DNA of 61,963 bases, counting the filler, from Hausera hauseri (Eukaryota), in NCBI GenBank assembly GCA_046269625.1. It is 11 parts of 11 records of this genome, joined end to end, with 100 filler letters (N's around TTAATTAATTAA, not from the genome) between each part and the next. Parts side by side here need not be neighbours in the genome. Positions count along the whole stretch, not along the records: positions 36,047 to 40,798 come from JBJURY010449690.1; positions 40,899 to 45,173 come from JBJURY010663107.1; positions 45,274 to 49,219 come from JBJURY010867406.1; 8 more parts are not named here. The stretch is one strand, 5' to 3'. The notes beneath the pieces are model-generated. The model was not told where the DNA came from, did not search any database, and saw only the letters and a program-made list of their open reading frames with translations. Made by a program: the position numbers and the translations under genes. Shown one piece after another: positions 36,817 through 49,319 of the stretch (its first letter is position 1; the number at the start of each line of letters is the position of its first letter).

Positions 36817-37205
36817 TTACAGTCCTTGAAACCATGGGAGTAATAACCTCAATGTTGCCCAAATAAATTGATTTCCATCGTGATATTCGCAATTGGTATC
36901 GTGTGTTTCCCGAGATATCGGAAAATGTTTGAATAAAATATCTTTCTTCTTTTGTTTTGATTTGGCTTGCGTCATTTCTGTCAGTACATTTTTATACCTT
37001 TTTATTTTGTCAACATTGACACTTATTTTACCAAGGATGATATTATCCATAATCTGAATATAATCATCAAGTACATGAGATGGTAGCATATGAAGAAGTT
37101 TCCATCAGAGTCGTTTCGGTGCTTGGGGTATAGTTTTGTAATATTCAATACTCCTTTTATATAATTCTGGTTGCATATGTTCAACTTGTTTAGGCATATG
37201 TTCAA
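36817..37205 (-). CDS. Polinton/adintovirus small virion-protein homolog, frameshifted 5' part
   Basis: LPSHVLDDYIQIMDNIILG...KRYKNVLTEMTQAKSK aligns with FPQFVLDDLMEILHNIVVG...LKYRKRLIGLTNARSK at 60011-60346. Confidence 0.65.
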
Positions 37206-37274
37206 CTTGTTTATGTCCTGATTAGTATTTATATAATACTTTTAAGTGATATAATACATATTGGAGGACAAATA

Positions 37275-37385
37275 CATATGCTCAATCAAACAGGATATAT
37301 AGTCAATCAAACAGTATGTATATGGTCAATCAAATAGGATATATAGTCAATCAAACAGGGTGTATATAGTCAATCAAACAGGATG
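37275..37385 (+). repeat. Five-copy 21/23-bp tandem repeat
   Basis: TCAATCAAAYAG core at 37282, 37303, 37326, 37347 and 37370. Confidence 0.9.
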
Positions 37386-37559
37386 CAAAGTTTTAATTAT
37401 TTTAATCTGCCTTATGTGTTACAAGAGTTTAGTCATAATACGATTTTTAAATGTGATCAAAAATTTTTTGAAACCATATTTGTATGTAAATTATTACAAA
37501 TGCGTTTTATCGACAATTTGGAAAACTCCACTATGAAATAAAATAATTTGTGTCATAAC

Positions 37560-39150
37560 ATTTATCTCTACGTATATCCACATAGCTCAATATAGATCTA
37601 AATATCTCTACATAGCTCAACATTGTCATATTTTACCTACATATTACATATATTTTTACCTACATGTTACATGAATGATCTACATATATTTTTATATGTT
37701 ATCTGTATTGATTTTTGAATAATGTATTTTACAAATATGACATGTATTACTCACATTACTACATATATCACCTACATATATGTATTACCCATATATCACT
37801 TATATTACCTCTACATCACCCATGTATTTCCAATATTTTACCTAAATTTCACCAATATTACCTATGCATTGTCTCACATTTTACCGCATATATTACTTGT
37901 ATATGTATCTTAGCTATATTTTATCCATACGCCTTATGTATTGCCTACATATTACTGATATTTTGCCTACATTACGTACATATACTTTTCCTATATTGCA
38001 TATATATTACCTAAATTACTCACATATATTGTCCATACATTACCAATATTTACATTTCCTTTATTTTCCCCATATTAAATGTATTTTACTTATATTCCCT
38101 TATCATATTCCATGCCTATTATGTCATACTTAGTACATCATATTCCATGTCTAATATATATTTTCTGTGTTAACTATAAATTACCTATATCACATATATA
38201 ATGCCCACATTTTATCCATATCACCTACATATTTCTTACACTTTCATGTTTTCTCACATTACATACTGTCTATGTATTTGCTATATTTACATATATTTTA
38301 CCCATATCACCTACATATCATCCATATTTCCCTACATAGTGCCCACAATTTACGTGTGTTAGCTGCATTTCACCTGTAATTTACACATATATCATCCATG
38401 TATCTTGTATATAACCTGCATTTAACCCATATTTCCCATAATCTACCTGCATTTTACCCAAGTTATCTAGATATTACCTCCATTTCACACATATTACTTA
38501 CATATTGCCCATATTATACCAGTATCACCTAGATATTACTTATATTTTAGCCATATTACATGCATATTTTACTATACATTACCAATATAACTCATGTATT
38601 ACCTACATTCTATCTTTGTATTAGCCATATTTTACATATATTATCCATATTTTACCCGTATTTCTTCCAAGTTATTTATCTGTATTTTACATATAACTCA
38701 TGTTTTACCTACATAAGACCCATATATTGACCACATTTTACATGTTTGTTACATGTGTTATCCATATTTTACTTGTATTACCCATATATATTTCCTATAT
38801 ATTTTTACCAACATATTACCTACATTTGTCCTATATATTACCCAAATAACCAAAAATATTACACATAATGCCAATATTTTATCCGTATAATCAAATACTT
38901 TACATGTATTACCAATATGTTACCCATATTTTTCATATCTATATTATCCACATATATTACTAGTACTTTACCTACATTATCTGCACATATTACACAAAGG
39001 CAATATTTTACCTGTATTACCAACATATTATATCACCTTCATATTACGTACATCTTACGTATATAAATTTTGTACCTGAATATTACACATATTCCCAACA
39101 CATTACATTACTGACCTGCATTTTACATATATTACTTACATTTCATATTA
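37560..39150 (+). repeat. Degenerate AT-rich, G-poor minisatellite (ATATTACCTAC-like)
   Basis: Many imperfect TATTACCTACATA/TATTACCCATA units. The H/I/Y-rich ORFs here are spurious. Confidence 0.8.
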
Positions 39151-40898
39151 TTAATCAGCATAAAATTCTGTTGAAAAAACTGTGACTACCAGTAAGGTGA
39201 TGTAAGAAATGAAAAATTGTTCGCATATTTCAATTCAGTGTAAATTGTTATATACTGATTTTCTTATTTGGCAGTGGTTATGAAGTTGATTTTATAATAG
39301 ATATAAAGGACGTAACTTTAATGTTTTTAACTCAAATGATTTATACAAATTTATACCGATTACTAAAAAGTTAACCGTTCAAATGCAGACTTTTGTTTAA
39401 TGACTCCATATTTACGTTGGTACGGTCATTGGTACTTCATATTTTTCAACATTTTAAGACGCCTAACTAACAATGTAAAATTAGTTTCCTTGTAAGGCTC
39501 ATTCAAAATTTATGTCAAATAAATCATTTATTCTAAATGTCGCACAAAATGTTGCTTCTAACTCACAGATTAATTAAACGAATTGATTCAATTACTGGGA
39601 AAACTATAACACTCTAATACATTGATAATACCGAAGAGAGTTCATAATTCCCATCCAATGGATTCACGATTTTTCCACGGGATCTGTCGTTCAAAGTATT
39701 TTTAAGAACATTTAAAAAAACATCTGTTAGAAGCACTTGTAAGAAGTATACACACAAAGACACTAAATCCGAAGTTAGACACAAATTCCGTTACTTTTTC
39801 ATCACATTTTATATCTATCAATGAAGAGAACCTTATTGCTAGGACAAAAGTGCTAACATTAAATTATATATCGCAATTAACTTATCATAAAAATAATGAT
39901 ATCACTTCAATTTACAAGAATAGCAGAAATATGAAACAATGAAAACCAATTAAAAACAATTAAAATATTTTTTGCAAATATCAATCATTTAGCAACAAAT
40001 ATTATCATTATTCACGTCAAATAATAGATGACTACGAAATAGTGATAATGGAATGGCAAACGTTTTATCATAACAATGTTTTCTGAAAGTATATTACAAA
40101 TACAAAATTATAAAATGCAAACATACAATTTAAATTTTACGTTTCTTAACTGAATTCAAATTACTGTCTAAATTTGCATTAAACTACCAAAGTCCACTCT
40201 ATGATAGAGTTGAATCGTCATTCTAATCTGACATTCTGCATTTGTTTCGAAGTGCCTACAACCATATGCGGAAAACTGATAATGGTCATCATTTAGCATG
40301 ATAACGAACATTTGTTAAATCACAGTTTGTGTATGATTAAAACAACTTAAAATTTATCTATGCAGACTTTGACGCCATCTTATAAAATATGTCAGTACAG
40401 ATTTCCATAAAATGATATATTAGAAGTACTGTTCATTTGGATTAATTTCATTATTTCTAATGTCAGCATCAACTTGTCAAAAATGCAGCATTGAATTCTA
40501 AACTCATATCTGGCTATCCAAATAACATAAAAATTAAATAATTAATTAGAATTTAAGGTATAATTGAAATGAAAATTGTCTAAAACAATGGAAATGATGA
40601 CTAGATTGTTCGCAAAATGTGGTTAACAGATTGCATAATGATATGAGGATGAAATTTAGAAATAAAGTTTCTAAATGGCTGTTGTTTAAAAGCAACATTT
40701 CAATTTAAAATTTCAAGTTAAATGTCTTTATTCGGATCAATTTTTGAAAACTTTGAAATTTTTGGTCAATTTAAACCGAAGTCTTGTGTCAAGTTAATNN
40801 NNNNNNNNNNNNNNNNNNNNNNNNNNNNNNNNNNNNNNNNNNTTAATTAATTAANNNNNNNNNNNNNNNNNNNNNNNNNNNNNNNNNNNNNNNNNNNN

Positions 40899-42564
40899 CT
40901 TTGGTGGACACGTGGGTCTCCTCCCACAGTCTTCGGGTGCCAAGTTTGGGCTCTCTAGCTTTTGTAGTTTTTGAGCTATTCCGATTGCCCATTTGCAAAA
41001 CCTGGTTTTCATCCCTTATCCTAACCTGGCAAAAGTGAGTTCTCGCCTATTTTGCTCCTCCTGTGGTGAAAATAGGCGACTCCTCACTTTTTGCGTCCCC
41101 CTGCTGGACGAGTCCTGCCACCGCGGTGACATCCACACAACCTGTGTTTCATCATTAGCCCTGCTTGTTTGATTGACACGCACGCACGCACGCACGCACA
41201 CACACAGACAGACATACAGACACACAGACAGATTGACACACAGACAGATTGACACACACACACGCACGCACGCACGCACGCACGCACACAGGCCAGATGG
41301 ACCCTGACTGACAACAAACACCTTACACACAAATTAATATATATATACACATATATATGTGTGTGTGTTCTTGTACAGGCCACGCAGACCTGAGCGTGGA
41401 CATCAGAACACCTCCCCCTGAGGCCCTACCCTAAGACTAACCACAGTGACCCTATGCCTCAGAATAACCTTGACCCCCCTCTCCCCACTTGACCTTTGAC
41501 CCCTCCTACACAACCCTAACCTCCCCCTGAGGCCCTACCCTAAGACTAACCACAGTGACCCTATGCCTAATAATAACCAACCTGCCCATCTCGCTTGACC
41601 TTTGACAGACCCACTTGAACACGCCCATACACATTAGACACGCCCATCCACGTCTGGCCACGCCCACCGCCACTTTAAAACGATCAATATTGACAGACAC
41701 ATTACTGGACTTAACCACACCCACATAACTATTTGTCATGCCCCCAGACCACGCCCACGACCTCTGGAACACGCCCACACAAAGCTCCGCCCACATTTAC
41801 ACTTTCGACCAATTCCGCATTGCCATTTGACTTTCGCATGTGAGCTGTCTGTGCACTCAGGGGGAGCCCCTGAGCACGGGGAACCAACTCCCAGCTCAAT
41901 AGGACACGCCTGTCAGGAGTTGCAAGATGAATGGGAGTCAATGACAGCTGTATGATGGGAGTGGCCTAGGACCCCCAAACTCGGGGGAAACCTGCGGGCC
42001 CCCGAGGGGAGTATACACACCGATTTTGGTCCGCATGCCCATTATAGTTTTGGAGGTATTTTGAGTGCCCATTTTTTTCCAATGAATGGGCGTCAATGAC
42101 AGCTACATGAAGGGAGTGGCCCAGGACCCCCAAACTCGGGGGAAACCTGCGGGCCCCCGAGGGATGTGTACACACCGAGTTTGGTCCGCATGCCCATTAT
42201 AGTTTTGGAGTTATTTTGAGTGCCCATTTTTTTCCAATGAATGGGCGTCAATGACAGCTACATCAAAGAAAGAAGCCACGCCCACCAACTTTGGTGGACA
42301 CGTGGGTCTCCTCCCACAGTCTTCGGGTGCCAAGTTTGGGCTCTCTAGCTTTTGTAGTTTTTGAGTTATTCCGATTGCCCATTTGGAAAAGCTGGTTTTC
42401 ATCCCTTATCCTAACCTGGCAAAAGTGAGTTCTCGCCTATTTTCTCCTCCTGTGGTGAAAATACGCGACTCCTCACTTTTTGCGTCCCCCTGCTGGACGA
42501 GTCCTGCCACTGCAGTGACATCCACACAACGTGCACCTGTGTTTTATCATTAGCCCTGCTTGTT
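40899..42564 (+). repeat. Complex repeat: about 270-bp direct repeat at 1390-bp offset, internal 155-bp tandem units and (GCAC)n/(ACAG)n microsatellites; possibly a non-autonomous Helentron/DINE-like element
   Basis: 40899-41169 repeats at 42289-42564; GAATGGGMGTCAATGACAGCT occurs at 41929, 42084 and 42239. The element class is inference only. Confidence 0.75.
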
Positions 42565-42708
42565 TTCCTACTGCCTTATTGCTTCTTTAATAATTCTTTA
42601 CCTGTTGGCTTTTTTATCACCTTAGTGACATATTTATTGGCTGGATTAATGTGTTCTTTCATGTATTTAAGACAGACAGATGCACAAACAGACTGACAGA
42701 CAGACAGA

Positions 42709-43556
42709 TAACCCCTAACCCTAAACCTAACTTTTTAGCATAGCGTATTAGCTTCGGCTACTTAGCATAGCATATTAGCTTCAGCTACTTATTAGCATCG
42801 CGTATTAGCTTCAGCTACTTATTAGCATAACGTATTAGCTTCGGCTACATATTAGCATAGCGTATTAGCTTCAAGTAGGTATTAGCATAGCGTATTAGCT
42901 TTGGCTACTTATTAGCATAGCGTATTAGCTTCGGCTATTTATTAGCTTCGTGGATTAGCTTCAGGAAAGTATTAGTATGGCGTATTAGCTTTGGCTACCT
43001 ATTAGTATAGCATATTAGCTTTGGCTACTCATTAGCATGGCGTATTAGCTTTGGCTACTTATTAGCATAGCGTATTAGCTTCAGGTAAGTATTAGCATAG
43101 CGTATTAGCTTCGGCTACTAATTAGCATAGCATATTAGCTTCGGCTACTTACCTTAGCGTGTTAGCTTTTGGCTACTTATTAGAATAGCAAATTAGCTTC
43201 AGCGACTTAGCATAGCGTGTTAGCTTTGGATACTTAGCATAGCGTGTTAGCTTCGGCTACTTAGCATAGTATATTAGCTTCGGCTACTTAGCATAGCGTG
43301 TTAGCTTTGGCTACTTAGCATAGTATATTAGCTTCGGCTACTTAGCATAGCGTGTTAGCTTCGGCTACTTAGCATAGCATATTAGGTTCGGCTAATCATT
43401 AGCATAGCATAGCATATTAGCTTCGGCTACTTAGCATAGCATGTTAGCTTCGGCTACTTAGCATAGCATGTTAGCTTCGGCTACTTAGCATAGCGTGTTA
43501 GCTTCGGCTAATCATTAGCATAGCATATTAGCTTAGGCTACTTAGCATAGCATGTT
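42709..43556 (+). repeat. Short (CCCTAA)-like tract followed by a 27-30 bp minisatellite TTAGCATAGCGTATTAGCTTCGGCTAC(TTA)
   Basis: TAACCCCTAACCCTAAACCTAAC at 42709-42731, then about 28 head-to-tail units with no spacers. Confidence 0.93.
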
Positions 43557-44880
43557 AAACTAAACAATTTAGAATCCAAGATTGCCATTTTTTTTCAAAC
43601 AAACAATGTATGGCATTAAGTATACCTTCTTTACTTACCTCTTTTGATAAAAAAGCTCTGATTTGGGTTGTGAAAAGAACCGTTTTGGGTTTTCAATCAG
43701 GCAGCAGATCCAAAGTTGAACACATCAGCAGCAGTCTTGCAGCACACCTGTAGTTCAACCCACTGACTAAAAGTCAGGCAGAACAACAATATTTAAAGGC
43801 TAACTTGATAAGTGGGGCAGCCCTCGGCCATTGTTATGTAGATTGGAGGTGTGTCTTGAACCAGCTGTGACAGCTCAGCTTGTGAACATGACAAAGTATC
43901 TGGGTAAATGCAGCATAAGTGCTGATTTTACCAGATTGTCAACAGATGTTTCTGAATATGTGCACTTTTCTACTTACTGGTACAAAGGATAAACAATTTT
44001 GAATGCCACATTGCCATAGTTGTTTGGAAAGCTAGTCATCTGTAGATTCTAACAATCAATATCTGGTTTTACTGCCCTTTGGTAATTCATTGCTGTGACT
44101 GTCTATATGTGTGTATTTGTGACTGAATATTTCTCTTAATAACTCAAGACAAAAACAATCTACATGCTGCAAATTTGAAACACACTAAGCTGAAAGGTTA
44201 CTGAACATAACCTGAGAGGTTCAGCCTTATAGCTGCTGGTAAAGGTGGTTAGAAAACAAAACAGTATGGGCAAATGTGATAAAATGGCCCCCTATTTTAG
44301 CTGTGGCAGCTCAGCTTGTGAACATGACAAAGTATTTAACACTGATCACATTACAACTCAGTCTGCCTTTTCAAATGATAACAGAAAATGCATGGATAAA
44401 ATAGCATTTGTCTGTTTTTTTGCTGTTATGTGCAATAACCCCCCAAAGCTGTAAGGTTGAGATCTGGGTAAATGCAGCATAAGTGCTGATTTTACCAGAT
44501 TGTCAACAGATGTTAGGGTTCAAACTACAAAACCAGTTATCTGTTAGGGGGGGTGATCCAGCCAGCCCCTCCTCGACTTTTTAAGGAAATAACTCAACCC
44601 TGATTTCTATCAGGCTACATGTGATAAAAAAACAAGCTCAAGTGATGATCCTTAATTAAAAAGTAACCATTTACAGTAAATCTGTTCTGCTTTTCACTGA
44701 TTGACACTTTGTATTCAAACAGATTGTTGCTGTAAAAACAAACGGCAGTGAGTCGTTTAGACAAGGCAGGTTTTTGTTTTCATAGGCAATTCCAAGGTTT
44801 CAACATGAACACTATTATTTTCTAAATACAAAAACAAGGAATCCTTAGACATTTGATCCCGACAAATAAAGATCCCAACA

Positions 44881-45167
44881 TTAGTCACTGTCACTTTTGT
44901 CCTTCTTGGGGAACTTTTTCCCTTCTTTCTTCCTTTTCCCTTCAGCATCCTGCAGCTCAAGGGCAGAGTTGATCTTTTTCAACATTTCAAAGCGTTCACG
45001 CCCTCGAACCAGAAGAGTGAACACCTCCTTTTCTTCCTCCTCCCCACTGGATGAAGACTTCGTCTTTTTCCCGGGATTGGTCGTGGAGGACGTATCGGCA
45101 CCGGGGCACTTTTCCTCTTCTTGGTTTGTTTGGTGCCACTCTGCGACTTCTCTGCGTTTTCTTCTTC
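44881..45167 (-). pseudogene. tp53: Teleost-type p53 C-terminal region (NLS, tetramerisation domain, basic tail), intronless, one frameshift
   Basis: EEENAEKSQSGTKQTKKRKSAP / DTSSTTNPGKKTKSSSSGEEEEKEVFTLLVRGRERFEMLKKINSALELQDAE...KSDSD*. Missing from the ORF track because it has no start codon. Confidence 0.88.
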
Positions 45168-45273
45168 TTACTGNNNNNNNNNNNNNNNNNNNNNNNNNNN
45201 NNNNNNNNNNNNNNNNNTTAATTAATTAANNNNNNNNNNNNNNNNNNNNNNNNNNNNNNNNNNNNNNNNNNNN

Positions 45274-45605
45274 TACTTTCCCTTCACTTTCAATACTGCA
45301 AATTTCCTTGACAGCGTCTCTAGTAGACAAACCTTTCTTCCAGTAATTTTGTAACAATACTTTAATTGCAATTTTTCATCTGATATTTCCCTGATATCTG
45401 AAATCTGATGTTTTATTATATGGCACAGTACTAAATCTCTTAATGCTAACCAATCAGAAACAATTATGACTAATACACTGAAAAATTCACAAGGTCAATT
45501 TCACGTTCCACTGTAATTAGTAATTGGAATGTTTTTTGAAAATAAAACGGTTCTGGAAAATTGTCGAAATTTTGCTTCTCGGAAACTTTTTGGACGATTT
45601 AGTAT
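45274..45605 (-). mobile_element. mariner transposon 5' end remnant
   Basis: IKVLLQNYWKKGLSTRDAVKEICSIESEGKV resembles the mariner N-terminal HTH; TIR-like end with TA near 45603. Confidence 0.55.
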
Positions 45606-46754
45606 AACTTATTCTATATTGTTGCCCCAATTTTCATCTTAAGCGTGTTTCACCTTGAACATTCAACTTTTCTAATGCATCTGAGTGAGAAGTTTATATT
45701 AGGACCTCCATTTTATTCATATATCCATATAACGAATCTCTTGTTTAATTTCAAACTAGAAATAAGACATGTTAAGTTTGATTCATTTAGGCCATCGGAT
45801 TATTGTCGCAACATCCATATATTCAGTGTCATCAGTCTTGGTTGTATGATCTCTGGTTAATGGTATTTAACCAACAAAAGATACAGCTAAGTCTCGATCC
45901 CGAAGACAATTCCTCCTCAGACGTTGATTTGGATCCGAGAGACATAAAATTAGAAGTCGATTCCAAAATGAATATTGAAAGTTTTATTTACAACATTTTA
46001 TTTGAAGTCGATTCTCCACAACGTGGTAAAACTGTGATTATCGAAGGAGCATCACTTAAACACTTTTGTCGATGTCCAGGTAATTGATTGAGTTGGATTT
46101 AGATCTAATGTTTGAAGTTACTAGGGAAGGTTCTGAACTGTATTTAACGAATCTTTAAGTAACTTAGCATTTTAACAAAATTAATTATTTTTAATACATT
46201 GGTGATAGTTGAAAAGGCTAAATCACCATATTTACGAAGAAAAAAGGCAAGACTGTTTCACGGATTCACTTCAGAATTTGTTGAAATTAAAACAAAAAGT
46301 TATGTTTGTTTAAATATTTCAAATATGCATTTTAAAAGCGATTGAAATCATAAATTACAAGTAAAAATAGGGATTTAGCCCTTCCAGAATAATAAATTCT
46401 GTTTAAATCCTAAATTTCGTACAAATTCGATACTTCCAAGTTTGTCACAAACAAAGCCTAAATTGTTTGTGTAAATTAAAATTGATTTCTTATTGTGTTC
46501 TTGGATTACATAAATTTATTTTATTAAAAGCACAAACAATTAACTTTCAAGATTTTTTTTTTCGTTGTATTATTGAAAAATCATTTCATACCATTCATTG
46601 AATTATTGCAAATTGTTTAAACTCAAATTATATCTTCATAACCGAATGGCCGTGGCGATTTAACACGGCTTCTTCCAAAGATAGTATGCATCATAGATTG
46701 CATATTTTATTCAATAAAATATGGGACTTTATTTTTAGCCGATTATTGGTATTA

Positions 46755-48028
46755 CGGGGTGACCAGAAATAACCCGGACAAACTTGTATTAACCATAAAA
46801 CTTTACATTTTAGTTTTTTTACTCTGTTTCTTCTTTAATTTATTTGCCCATATAGTCTATTCTTGTTTTGTTTACGCTTTGATATTTAAAAATTCTCTGC
46901 TTTTAAAATTTTAAAATGAATGTGTCGCGTGCAGCGATTCTGGCTCTTCATCGCTAAGGGAAACGACAGGTTGAGATTGTTCGACTGCTTGGTTTCTGAT
47001 GCCATGAATCGATTCAAAGAGCTTGGCCACGATGGTGATCGTCTTGGGTGAGGAAGAAAACGAACCGTAAACACTTCCAGGAATCGAGAAGTGATCAAGA
47101 AGCGAGTGGCACGAAATCCATAAGTTTCGATGATGAAAATTGCCCGACAAACTGGAATTGGGGGTGAATCGGTTCGATTTATCGCAAAAAGGGAACTGGA
47201 ACTCCAGTCATACAAGCTGAAACAAGGGCAACTGCTTACCGATAACAACAAGCGGATTCGGCTCGAGAGATGTCTGGAGCTGATCAAGCAGGCCACAATA
47301 ACGAATTTTGAACTAATTCTCTACTCGGACGCAAAACACTTCTCGGTGGAGCAAAGCTACAACCGGCAAAACTATCGAATTTGGTTAACCAGTTCTCCAG
47401 GCGGCTCTTCGATTGTTCAGCATCGTCAAAACCCGAACTCTGTGATGGTTTGGGGAGGGATTTGCGCGACTGGCAAAACACCTTTTGTTTTCATCGATTC
47501 GGGAATGAAAATCAACAAAGATATTTACAAAAAAGATATTCTTGAAGATATCGTTCTTCCCTGGGCCAAACAGCACTTTGGAAATCGGTTTTGGACTTTG
47601 CAACAGGATTTCACACCTTGACATCTAGCAAAAACCACCCAGGACTAGTGTAGAGCCAATTTTCCCGACTTCATCTCGGCTCAGGAATGGCCATCTTACT
47701 CGTGTGATCTCAACCTGTTAGAATACAGTGTATGGTCGGTTTTAGAGTCAAAGGCCTGTGCTAAACCACACAAAAGTTTGGAATAGCTCAAGCTATAACT
47801 GAGCCGGGAATGAGACAAAATCATCGTGGTGGAATTGCGGTTCATTGCGAGAACTACACCAAACGTCTTAAACTCTGCATCAAGGCTAAAGTATGACACT
47901 TTGAAAACCATTGTTAGTTTTTTACTGAGTTGTTAAACTTTGTTATTTGATAAATAAAGCTTGTCTCTACTTATCAGTTTCATAAAAATCACTTGGTACG
48001 TTTGTCCGGGTAATTTCTGGTCACTTTG
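46755..48028 (+). mobile_element. Complete but decayed maT (DD37D-type Tc1/mariner) transposon
   Basis: 29-bp TIRs at 46755-46783 and 48000-48028 (25/29 match); TA on the left; YSD..F, VMVWGGI and QQD-x37-(D>E)Y; internal stops. Confidence 0.92.
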
Positions 48029-49319
48029 TCTTACCTTCATTTGTTCTTTGTTTGTTCATTTGTTCTTCATTATTACACTGTTCTTTGTGACATATCCATC
48101 TCCGGTTATCTTGTTTAAGCATATATACACTGTTTTAAATTAATAAACGCTCCCTTCAATTTTACGAGTTAGTACATATACAATAATGGTGAAATGAAAC
48201 TGTTATTATCAATGTTTATGGCGTCCTTGAAAACGAAGTTTTCATGTTAGATTAAAAGTTTTCTCACATCAAATTGAAGCCAACAAATGGAAAACATGTC
48301 CTATTAAATGACATATAGACCGAAACTTATTGAAAAAAATCAAATTGAGTCATGTTTTGTTGAAGGAATAGCATGTTATTTTCACCAAAACATGTCTAAC
48401 TTTCTTTTGAAGTGGTACACACTTTATTTTCTGGCATTTAATGTACTTATTTCACTCGAACCTCTCCAAATATTGGGTGTTCAAAATGTCTTTCATATGA
48501 ACAAAATTTTAAAATTAAATTTGTGCCGAATTAAAGATTTTATTTAAATTTAATAATACAATGAATAGTATTTTGGAAATCAAATTTATTTCATATACAT
48601 TAATTTTCGAATATCGTGTAGTAAATATGACCAATTCAAGTCTAAATCATACTTAATTTTAGTACATGTCTTCATTGCTAATCAGTATTTTTAATGAAAC
48701 TTTTACAATGATTAATATAAAAAAAATTTGCAAGCAAATGACGAAATCAGACATTTGGAATATTGCGTCATTCATCACTTCAATTTCTACCTAACTTGCT
48801 ATAGGATTTTGAGATTTGATAAAATTATCGGTCTTTTTTGATTTATATTTTTAAACTAAAATATAGACACTATTTAGTTGTTCACTGGCGGATGTTTCTG
48901 TGTTTTGCACTTCATCAGTGTCAGGCAGAATTGTATACTTGTATTTTCAGTTTTCAAACAAATTATACTTTATATTTTAATGTAAATTTAAACATGATAC
49001 TCACACGTTACTCCGACAGCATTTAAAAACCCTATCTGTGTCTATCCAATTGTATTGTATTGGAACACAAGGTCGTTAGAATTGTTGATAAATCGTTGTT
49101 CGGTTTACTAATGAGAGTTTCGAAATATGACACTGAATTTAGTTATTACGTACTTTTGTATCATTTTTGGACATTTTCAGCTGAATTTGAAAAGTTTGAA
49201 AAATTTTATTCAATAAAAGNNNNNNNNNNNNNNNNNNNNNNNNNNNNNNNNNNNNNNNNNNNNTTAATTAATTAANNNNNNNNNNNNNNNNNNNNNNNNN
49301 NNNNNNNNNNNNNNNNNNN

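Noticed and set aside
37715-38379. His/Ile/Tyr-rich ORFs
   Set aside because: They are translations of the degenerate AT-rich minisatellite.
42735-43556. CRISPR-like array of about 30-bp repeats
   Set aside because: The units are head-to-tail with no unique spacers, there are no cas genes, and the context is eukaryotic.
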